Shown: positions 1 through 10,000 of the stretch, in pieces
Numbering within the stretch: the stretch's first letter is position 1
Layout: every line of letters begins with the position of its first letter
NCBI RefSeq assembly: GCF_000760515.2
Contig: NW_013546378.1
Location: 1 to 38,170 of the forward strand
Length of the DNA: 38,170 nt
DNA from: Mitosporidium daphniae
Taxonomy: Eukaryota
Direction of reading: 5' to 3'
Translations under genes and position numbers: made by a program
The notes under the pieces: model-generated
Told to the model about the DNA's origin: nothing
What the model saw: only the letters and a program-made list of their open reading frames with translations
Database searches by the model: none

Positions 1-106
1 AAATTGTACTTGGTGCTGCCTTTAAACCGCGATTGCATAGGCCTCAATGCTCTCAATGAAGATGGCTTCTTGAATTGGACAGATGAAAATTACCCAAAAG
101 TCTGGG

Positions 107-730
107 TTAGAAATTTTTGATAAACTTTCGATAATAGCCAAAATTCAATGAGGCATCAGTCCAGGCTTGAGTCATGAGAAAGGAAGGACCTTCACATATC
201 ACCACTGGTGAATATTGCTTCCTTGGACCAGAATTGTATCCTTGGTGATATTCTAACCCATCGCCACTGTTGTAAATAAGGACCCTCCATAAAAGGCCAT
301 GTTTGGGATAAGAAAAGTTGACCTTAAAAGCTTGAGACAACATTGAATTTCGCTTAGGTCCACAAAAGAAAACGACAGAAGTTGTCTCATCCTCAAAAGC
401 TTTTAGGTTAGCATTCGATTGCAACATTTCCATATCCGGTACCTTCTGATAAACATCCGATGGATCGAAATTGAAGAGCTGTATAATTGTGTCCATAATT
501 TTATCATAGATCTCTGAATTAATGGCATATTCTCCTTTGAGCAGATTCTTCTCAGAAAGCGAAAATATTGTTTTAATGGCTTCATTTGCATCTACTCGAG
601 TTTGTCCCTCAAACACCTCCGGAGTAAAAACGTCTGTTATGAACAGGCAAACATCTTCAATCTTCTAATTTTCGCTTAGCACAGTATGCAAAAGTAATCC
701 AACGAATGCAATCGTGATCAGTGTTTCCAT
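107..730 (-). other. Hypothetical secreted protein gene interrupted by an in-frame TAG (pseudogene or unusual intron)
   Basis: ATG at 730 gives METLITIAFVGLLLHTVLSEN (signal-like), then TAG at 667-665. The same frame then continues open into ORF 107..616. No family recognised. Confidence 0.4.
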
Positions 731-1848
731 CGTGTTTATTTGGGTGAAACCCGGAAAGTCTAGCTTAGCGATCTAAAACACATTTTTTAATTAAAATGCC
801 ATTAAAATAAAAGCCACTTGAACTCGAGTTACATCAATTGATTTGGGGCAAATTGAGAAATTAAATTATTTGCCCCAATGTGCTTACCTTCCAACCCTAG
901 CTTTTCAACCATATAATAAAGGATGGTAAGCGAGCTCCAGTTCTGATCCACGCTACAGATCAAGATCTTGCAAATAAATGAAAAGGTAAGAACAAAAAGC
1001 TCTCCCTCTGATTCCAATAAAAAGCATCTTCAACATGGTGGTGCTAAAAGGGGCTCTAAAAAATAAGCGGTTAAAGATTTGGCTGCTGAACATTCCCAGA
1101 TATTGGGGGATTCTCATACAGAGTCAAAGCCTTAATAGCAGTCATCTTACTGAGATTCTATGTTGTCACGTTCTTTTTTGCAGCGAGAAAATTCAGAGAA
1201 ACAAATCTAAGCCTCAGAAGTCACATTTTTAGGGCCGTGGTAATACAAATATGCTCCATAGTCTATTTGATGGAGCAAATGGCAACTTTGGATGTAGAAT
1301 TATCAAACGGAGACCACCTAAAAGTAGCAGCATTGGAATTTCTATAAAGCACAGGCAAGACTTTTCGAGAATGAATGGATAGCTCTGTTGCTCGTTGAAC
1401 AATAAATGTGTCATTAAAAGTGGACATTTCTGAAAGAATGCTGGCCATAATAAATACCGGGTGGAAACGAAGCGTGCGAGTGGCAAAGATAGTAGGAGCA
1501 GAGCATGCTGCTAAAAATTTGAAAAGACCTGCTTAGATAGCATAGTGAGTTAAGTGGTTTCTCAAAGCGCTCATACTTGTAGCGATAGCGCTGTTTTTTC
1601 GATATTTTGATAGCGGTGATAAGGAAACAGAAATTGAAACAGGCAAAAATCATAATGAGAAATCAAAAAAAACAACACAGTGAAAAAATCTGTGGGAATT
1701 TTCAGAAAATGCCGCCTGGTAGGATGCATACGCTACATTAAAATATGTAATAACGCTGCCAAATACTCGCACGATTTAAAAAATGGGGTTGGATGCACCC
1801 ACATTTTAATTCAAAATTTTAATAATTTTTCGGCAAATTTTTTATTTA

Positions 1849-4425
1849 ATGGCATTCACCAAGAAAACGGCAAAGGGTCGCCTCGACAAATACTATCACC
1901 TCGCCAAAGAGCAAGGATATAGGGCTCGCTCTGCTTTTAAATTGATACAACTTAATCAAAAGTTCAATTTCCTTGAAAGCGCACGCGTTCTTGTTGACCT
2001 CTGCGCTGCCCCAGGTGGCTGGCTCCAAGTAGCCTCCAAATACATGCCCATGAGCAAGGTTATTGTAGGAGTGGACCTTGCCTCTATTAAGCCTCTACCA
2101 GGAGTCACTACCCTTATTGGGGACATTACAACGGCAGAATGTAGGCGTAATCTCCAGGCCTCGCTTTCTGGATGGAAAGCCGATGTGGTTCTTCACGATG
2201 GTGCGCCAAACGTAGGGGCTTCCTGGGATCATGATGCCTATGCCCAGGCTGAACTCGTTCTCCACTCTTTGCGCCTTGCAACGGAGATCCTGCGCCCTGG
2301 TGGTCTTTTCGTCACCAAGGTGTTTCGCTCTAAAGACTATAACGCGCTGCTCTTTGTTTTCAACGCACTTTTTCGCAATGTGGAAGCTACAAAGCCGGCA
2401 AGTTCTCGAGGTGTATCGGCAGAAATTTTTGTCGTTTGCAAGGATTTTATTGCGCCGAAAAAGATCGATCCGCGGTTGCTGGATCCAAAGGCAGTGTTCG
2501 AAGTCACTTCACATTTGCAGCTTGATGGCGGCAGGGCAGCATCAGAGAACTCAAAAGTTAATATTTTGCGGCCAGAAAAACAGACACGACACCGAGGTGG
2601 TTATGAAGACGATGCATCTACAATGCTGTATAAAGAGATCGCCCTGGAGGCCTTTATAGTGGCATCAGACCCAGCTGAGCTCTTAAGCTCAGCCAATGCT
2701 ATACTTTTGCCGTTGCCAGAAAGCAAGCATGCGGCTCAAAATTCAGAAGCTTCACTTTTTTCACAGCAGCTGTCAGATATACTCTATTCGCACCCGAAAG
2801 CCAACCCGTCTCCAGACATCATAGCGAGCTGTACGGACCTTAAAGTACTTGGACGCAGGGAATTTCACGAGCTGCTCAAATGGCGCCTTGTGTTGCGGCG
2901 CCAGATGAAGAAATTCCTTCCTGGATCTGCAAAATCTGAGCCGTCAGAGTTAGGCTATACCGAAATTTTGAACGAAAATGCTCTTAAAGTGCAAGACAGC
3001 GATGGTTCCAAAATCCAAAATGAAGAAGAAGAACAAGATCTTTCTAAAGAAACCACGCGGTTGATCTCAGTAGAGGCAAAGCGAGCAAAAAAAATCAAAA
3101 AGAAGGCCCTTCTTAAAAAAGCCAAGACTAGAGAAAAGCTGCACCTTGGCCTTGCTGAAGATGCCTCGCTCATTGATGCCCATGATCAAGAGCTCTTTTC
3201 ATTTATGGGATCTTCCAGTGCTTCTCTAGACGGGAAAAGTATGATGGCCCGTGGAGAAGATGGAGAAACACAGGAGGAATCTTTAGCCGATGAACCAGAG
3301 GAATCCTCTATTTCTGGTGATGAATTCGATCTTGAGGGCCAGCTTGAACAGTTGTACGCTCGTTACAAAGAACGTTCTGCTGGGCTTGCATCTCACAATC
3401 TCGATGAGCTTGAGAACAGCCAGTCTGAAAACATCGCCCCTTGGGCAGGCTATTTTTCATCTCAAAATTCCATGGAGACCCCCCTACATCAATTCACAGA
3501 TGAAGATAGCTCTGAGGAAGGGCCTGATCCCATTGGTGGGAACCAATCTGGTCTTCCTAAGCGAATCGACCTGCTTTTTGCGAGGTCCACATTCAAGGCT
3601 TTCAATTCAGCCTCTGAGGACGAGGCCGACCCAGAGCCTTCTGGACGTCGTGCTTCTGCATCAAATCAAAAGCGGCCTTTGAAAAACAAGGCAACTGCGC
3701 CCTCTGACACGACAATCGAGTTCGTTAAGGCGGTGGAACCATTTCTCTCAAGAAAACGCCAAGCCGACCCTGAGGTCGGCAGTGAGGACGAACTTAATGG
3801 GCCCGGCTCTGAAAATTACAAAAAAATCCTTTCCACACCACGGGGGCTCTCTTTAGCTCTCGCTTTGCGTTCACACACAGACGAAGACGATCCGCACGGT
3901 GCTTCCGGCAGCCACAAAAGCATCGCTGCAAAGGATGCCATGCGCGATGCTTCCTTCAATCGCTATGCGTTTGACGATAGACATGCAAATTTGCCTTCGT
4001 GGTTCATGGAAGATGAATCGCGCCACAATGTGCCGCAGGTTCCAGTGACCGCAGAGACGATTCAAGCAGCCAAAAGTCATCTAAAGACGCTTGCAGCACG
4101 CATTCCAAAGAAAGAATTGGAAGCCAAAGCCCGTGCCAGATCGCGAGCATTACGGCGCCTGACCGCTCAACAAGCCAAGGCCGGATCAATTGCCGCCTCT
4201 GAAGAAATGAGCGAGTCACAAAAAAGCACTGCGCTTGCCAAAATGCGTCCTCAAAGCTTGAATTCGCGCTCTTCGCGAAAGAAAAATATTGTCGTAGCAC
4301 GTGGTGCAAACAAGGGAGCCAAGGGCCGTCCGCGTGGTGTCAAAGGCCGCTATAAGATGGTTGACGCACGTATGAAAAAGGAGACAAGGGCGGATCGGAA
4401 AAAGAAGCGCAGCTCGCGGCGTTGA
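1849..4425 (+). CDS. SPB1: 27S pre-rRNA 2'-O-ribose methyltransferase Spb1/FTSJ3
   Basis: 858 aa, intronless. GRLDKYYHLAKEQGYRARSAFKL, DLCAAPGGW, VLHDGAPNVG, KPASSRGVSAEIFVVC (FtsJ domain) and C-terminal KGRYKMVDARMKKE. Confidence 0.97.
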   Translation: MAFTKKTAKGRLDKYYHLAKEQGYRARSAFKLIQLNQKFNFLESARVLVDLCAAPGGWLQVASKYMPMSKVIVGVDLASIKPLPGVTTLIGDITTAECRRNLQASLSGWKADVVLHDGAPNVGASWDHDAYAQAELVLHSLRLATEILRPGGLFVTKVFRSKDYNALLFVFNALFRNVEATKPASSRGVSAEIFVVCKDFIAPKKIDPRLLDPKAVFEVTSHLQLDGGRAASENSKVNILRPEKQTRHRGGYEDDASTMLYKEIALEAFIVASDPAELLSSANAILLPLPESKHAAQNSEASLFSQQLSDILYSHPKANPSPDIIASCTDLKVLGRREFHELLKWRLVLRRQMKKFLPGSAKSEPSELGYTEILNENALKVQDSDGSKIQNEEEEQDLSKETTRLISVEAKRAKKIKKKALLKKAKTREKLHLGLAEDASLIDAHDQELFSFMGSSSASLDGKSMMARGEDGETQEESLADEPEESSISGDEFDLEGQLEQLYARYKERSAGLASHNLDELENSQSENIAPWAGYFSSQNSMETPLHQFTDEDSSEEGPDPIGGNQSGLPKRIDLLFARSTFKAFNSASEDEADPEPSGRRASASNQKRPLKNKATAPSDTTIEFVKAVEPFLSRKRQADPEVGSEDELNGPGSENYKKILSTPRGLSLALALRSHTDEDDPHGASGSHKSIAAKDAMRDASFNRYAFDDRHANLPSWFMEDESRHNVPQVPVTAETIQAAKSHLKTLAARIPKKELEAKARARSRALRRLTAQQAKAGSIAASEEMSESQKSTALAKMRPQSLNSRSSRKKNIVVARGANKGAKGRPRGVKGRYKMVDARMKKETRADRKKKRSSRR

Positions 4426-4714
4426 TGATAAATTAAGAACGTAGCAAATTGGTTAGCAAGGAAATTTAGCTGTAATTTTAAGGACCAGATGTGACATCGT
4501 CAACCCCTGAGGCCTGTCAGCGATGCTCCATACTTGTGCTTTCCGAGGCACTTAGCGGTGAAAGAAATCACTGGTCATTTGCAAAAAAATATTACCGGTC
4601 AAAGAGATAGCTCAAGTTAGAGTTTGCTGATCGATGATCTTGACCGTGATTGGTTAGCTGTCGAGAAGGAGAAGTCTAGGACTGTAATAAGCAAAAAGTC
4701 GGGGCATTGTTCTT

Positions 4715-6717
4715 ATGGAACTGGTTTTTTATTTACTATGCTTCGTGACGATGCTCATAGGAGCACAGGGAGAAGCCGCCGATGGGCGGTCTCCAGATAT
4801 CGCCGAACTCATCGGGCTATTATCGCCAACGGACGATTTTACGGCGCTCTTCAATGGGAACTTTGGCGAAATTGCAGTAAAATTGAAAGACGAAGATAGC
4901 GAACGGATCCAGATCGCAATGTCAACCCCTGGACCAAGTGCCACCAACGACCATTGCTATACCTTCTCGCTGCGAAAAGAGACGCCAACACAAATCCAGG
5001 AAATGCTTGCAGTGTACATGGAGACCTTTGGTGCAGCTTCAACCATCTCAATTTTCAAAGAAATCTTCAAAGGATTGCATATTTGTTTTCCAGAGGGCTT
5101 TGAATTGGTGTTTCCGATAGAATTACTTCGCCAAATCCCATGGATCTCTTTCATTGAGCACGACTCCATGGTCCATGGTGAAATGCCTATGATGAGCTCC
5201 TTGACTGCAAATGATTACAGAGATCGAGTACAACAGAGCTCTAGCAACGAGATTTTAGACATGCAAAGTTCCCCCAGGGCCAAAGGAACCTCTGGAAACA
5301 CATTCATGCAGGCACTTGAGCGGCGTCTTGGAGTCGTGGCAGCGCAAGGTGCATCTTCACCCCCAGTCCATGTACAGCAGAATGCTCCTTGGGGCCTGTC
5401 TCGTATCTCTCAGCCAAAGCGGCCGCTTAACGATCGTTGCTACGAATATGCCTCCACTGGAAACGGCGTCAATATATATATCGTGGACTCTGGGGTGGAC
5501 GTCAGGCATCCAGGTAGCACTATTGACCACTGATTCGTCTAGAGTTTGAGGATCGCGCTAAGATTGTTTTTGTGGCGCCTGGGCTAATGAGGCCTGACAA
5601 TAAAGCCCCGCCCCCGGATTGCTCAGGCCATGGCACAGAGGTGGCCTCTGTGGCTGCCGGTCGACTTAGCGGCGTCGCCAAACATGCGCGGATACTGGCA
5701 TTACAAGTACTCTCGTGCAATGGTCAGGGTCGCAACTCAGATCTGATCGCGGCGCTGGAGTGGATAGCTGCCAACTACGAACATCCGGGGATCGTCAACC
5801 TCTCGCTGGGTGGCCCGCGCTCAACCACGCTTGACATGGTAGTTGAGGCTGTTATTGCCCGCGGAATCCCTGTCGTGGTTGCAGCAGGAAACGACGGAGC
5901 CAATGCTTGCGAATTCTCGCCCGCAAATCTGCCCCTTTCTATGACGGTGGGCGCATCTACACAAACAGACGAGCGCGCAGAATTTTCAAATTACGGAAAA
6001 TGTGTCAAAATCTTTGCACCGGGATATCGAATTCAAGTAGCCAAGGCTAGAATCGAACATGCAGATGGTGCTAGCTCACATGGTGGAATTTCTACCAGTG
6101 CAAGCGCCTCCCCTTATGTACTTGCTATGACGGAATCAGACTTCCGGAGCAAGTGGGGCAGATTTGACGATGACAAAGATGGCAATAGTGATGGAGAATT
6201 CGACGAGCGAAACAGCGGCGACTTTGTACTTTCCTCTGGCACATCTCTAGCAGCGCCCGCAGTGGCCGGTGTTGCTGCTCTTATCATGGAGCGGCATCCA
6301 GAAATTCCGATTCCCAGGCTCTGGTCCCTAGTTCGCGCTATCTCTCAAAAAGATTCCATTCACGCCTCGACTCTCAAAGGTTCGCCCAATCTGCTGCTAC
6401 AGTCTCCGCCCGGCATCAATGTTGATCTTCTTGCACTTGACGATAGTGCAAATGGCTGGGATGGATTCCGGATTGGAAATGGAGACTCCACACATGGCGC
6501 TAATTCCCTTAGTAGCCTTTCCCCTTTTACATGGTCGTGGATCTTGATCTCAGGACTGATGATTTTGGGCCTTTTTGGCATGTTTGGAATTCTTGCTGGG
6601 GCTCGAATTATTAAGAGCAAAAAGGAGGTAATCACGCGAGGCCGCTCCCATTACAGAGACGACCCGTGGATAACGTCCTCTGCTCCATCCAGAGGCCGCG
6701 CCCTAGCTGTATATTAA
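4715..6717 (+). CDS. Proteinase K-like subtilisin (S8) with signal peptide, I9-like propeptide and C-terminal transmembrane helix
   Basis: Exons 4715-5513 and 5543-6717; the 29-nt GT-AG intron 5514-5542 restores HPEFEDR. Motifs QNAPWGLSRISQ, IVDSG (Asp), HGTEVAS (His), AAGN, SGTSLAAP (Ser); hydrophobic WSWILISGLMILGLFGMFGILAGA near the C-terminus. Confidence 0.92.
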
Positions 6718-6919
6718 ATTTAGCTTAAAACAATGATTTGGGGGTGAGAATCCAAACATCATCGGCCTTCATGTACAAGGCAATGCAAATTCACTTGGAA
6801 AGGCTTATTTCACATAAAAATTCAAAAATAAAATAAAGGATCAGCGGTTAATTCCAGCATCAAATTAACGCATGGATCCAAGTATTTTTCAACATGCAAT
6901 GTAGCAGGACATTGAAACA

Positions 6920-6998
6920 AATGGCAGGCACGCTCGCATGCGGAAACGAATGGCAGGCACGCTCGCATGCGGAAACGAATGGTAGGCACGCTCGCATG
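6920..6998 (+). repeat. 29-bp tandem repeat (about 2.7 copies) upstream of RPA190
   Basis: AATGGCAGGCACGCTCGCATGCGGAAACG at 6920-6948 and 6949-6977; partial copy 6978-6998 with one mismatch. Confidence 0.95.
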
Positions 6999-7034
6999 TT
7001 ACAATTTATTTTATTTTATTTATTTTAATTTCTA

Positions 7035-10000
7035 ATGAACATTGAGCATCCCACTAACCATTTCCTTGCGTCTGTCAAATTCTCGCTCTACGACAGCGAG
7101 GCGATAAAGCGGATCTCGGTCAAGGCAATCACAAATACAGTATTGCTTGATGCCAGTGAGCGTCCTACATCTGGTGGGCTCTACGATATAGCTTTGGGTC
7201 CTTACTCTAAAACAGACCGATGCGCCACTTGCAGGATGAACCATTTTCAATGTCCAGGACACTTTGGTCACATTGAGCTTGCAGTTCCTGTTTTCAATCC
7301 TCTGCTTTTTCAGTCTTTGGTTAAGCTTTATCGAGCATCGTGCGTGTTTTGCAACCGTCTTCGCTTCAGCGATGCCAAGGTAAGGCCTTCACTTTAAGCT
7401 GACGAGCCTCTTTCTCATAAAATTATCTTTGCGTTATCCTTCACCATTTTTATTTGGTTATTCCATGCAGTTTTCTGACCCTAACCTTCATTGTAAACCC
7501 TTTTAAAGTCCCCATTTAACACCTAGATTGCATCGTGGACGGTCAAGCTGCGACTGTTAGCGCGTGGGCTACTCTTCGAAGCAAAGCATGTGGATCAGGT
7601 TATTTCAAAATGGGCTGCAGGAGGCGAAGGCAGCGATAAAAGTCCTATGCATCGACATGCGGAAGATTTTGCCGAGGTCTTGGATGCCTACTACGAGCGG
7701 GTACTCGCCAAGATGGATGAGGATGTAAACTCTCAGACAGCTCCACACTCTGGACTCGTCGAATCTTATCGCCGAGAAATCATTGAAGAAGGTCTTTTTG
7801 GAAAGACTGCCTCGCTGCTCTGTGAGCACTGTCACGCCTATAACCCGGCAATACAAGTCGCTTCTGGAAAGATATTTGAAGTGCCACTTGCCGCAAAGTA
7901 TACTTCTCTCAATGCCGCCAGAGGGCTAAAGCCAGATGCTACAACCTTCCACAACAATGGGTCCCGCTCTGACACTAAAAGACCGCTTCCAGAGGAACAA
8001 GAAGAGTCCACTCCCTCTGAAAGTGAAATCGCTGAAGAATCAAACGAGGACACTCAAGTACCGCGCTCTTACAAGTTTCTCACACCAATGCTTGTGATGG
8101 AACGTATGCGCAAGCTTTGGGCCAACGATGTCAATGCTGGACTCTTTCCTCTTGTCTTTAGCGGAAATATCTTGCCTTCTAAGGCATCACATTTGTCATC
8201 TCAAGAGCATCGGATATTTTTTGTAGAAATGATTCCAGTTCCTCCGACACGTTTTAGACCGCCTTCTATACTGAATGGACGTGTTTTTGAGAATGCACAA
8301 AACAGCTACCTGACGGCAATTCTGAAGGCCTCAAACCAGATCGTGGCCATTCGGGAACAACATTTGGAAACAAGCGAAACTTTAAAAGCACCGGGAGCCG
8401 TCCCTGGTGCTGCTGATGCTGAGGCTTTTTCACGCATCGTAACAGCATGGATTGGGCTACAAGAGCAAGTCAACTTTCTTTATGATTCATCTAAGCTCGA
8501 CGTCAAGGGAGGCAAGATTGCACCACCAGGCATCAAACAACTGCTTGAAAAGAAAGAGGGACTCTTTCGTAAACACATGATGGGCAAGCGTGTCAACTAT
8601 GCGGCGCGTAGTGTCATCTCACCTGATGTCATGATTGAGACTGGCGAAATTGGGCTTCCTCTAGTCTTTGCCACACGTTTGACATATCCAGAGCCCGTAG
8701 CCCCATACAATGTTCTGAGGCTACGCCAAGCAGTGATAAATGGACCGGCGACGCACCCTGGTGCCACACACATTCAGCATGAAGATGGCACGCTGTCTAA
8801 TCTGGCTCTATTGAGTGTGGAAGCACGGACAGCATTAGCAAATAGGCTTTTGGCTGCTCCTGCGACACAATCTACCCAAGGAGTCACCACCGCTGTTAAC
8901 AAACGTGTCTGGCGCCACGTTCGCAATGGGGACGCACTTCTTCTTAACAGACAACCAACACTACACAAACCATCTATTATGGCTCATCGCTGCCGCGTGC
9001 TACCCGGGGAAAAGACGATTCGCATGCACTATGCAAACTGTAACACCTACAATGCAGATTTTGATGGCGATGAAATGAATGTCCACTTTCCGCAATCTGA
9101 GCTTGGGCGGGCAGAGGCTTATCTGATCGCCAACGCAGATTCACAGGTATGTCGAGCGAGGCAACTAATAATTTTTAGGTATCTTATTGAGAAAATTTCA
9201 TCTCATTTTTAGTATTTGGTCCCGACAGATGGTTCGCCGCTACGTGGTCTCATTCAGGACCATATTGTTGCTGCCGCAATGCTGACGTTGCGTGATACAC
9301 TTCTTAACCACGAAATTTACATGCATTTGGTAGCCGGGGCATTGTTGGCAGAGAGCTCTGGTGTACGACTGCTGCCACCAACCATTTGGAAGCCACAGCC
9401 TCGTTGGACAGGAAAGGATGTGCTCTCGACGCTTCTTATTAATATTGTGCCACGCGGGGCATCGCTTTTTCTCTCCTCGCGGACAAAGCTGCCATCGCGG
9501 CTACTAGGCGGCACCGCTGGCGAAGAGGAAGCTACTGTCGAGATTTTCGACTCACTGTTGCTGACAGGAATCATCGATAAGGCACAAATTGGCGATGCGC
9601 CTCACGGTCTCGTACACGCGCTTTATGAATTACACGGAGGCTCTACCTGTGGCGCCCTGCTTAGCGCACTTTCGCGATTGTTGACGCGCTTTTTACAATG
9701 GCGCGGCTTCAGCTGCCGCATGGATGACTTACTGCTGGTAAGTTCTGCAGAAGCCCGCCGTTCTGCTGCCATTCTCGCTACAGAGACACACAATGAAGCA
9801 ACTCAAACCCCACTACCGACCTCTGTTGCCGACGATGCAGCATTGCGCACACTTGATGGTTCCATGAAGTGTGTCTTGAACACACGTACTTCGCGCATCA
9901 TCGATACCTCACTGGAAGGGTTGCTACGTACGTTTCCTGCGAACAACATGACATTGATGACGATGAGTGGTGCCAAGGGCTCGCTTGTCAATGCCTCACA

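Noticed and set aside
829..1653. Fragmented minus-strand ORFs upstream of SPB1
   Set aside because: I could not build a consistent spliced model or recognise a family. It may be a decayed gene, but that is unsupported.
6920..6998. CRISPR-like repeats (29 bp here, 24 bp at 17642)
   Set aside because: The units are directly tandem with no spacers, the context is eukaryotic, and there are no cas genes.
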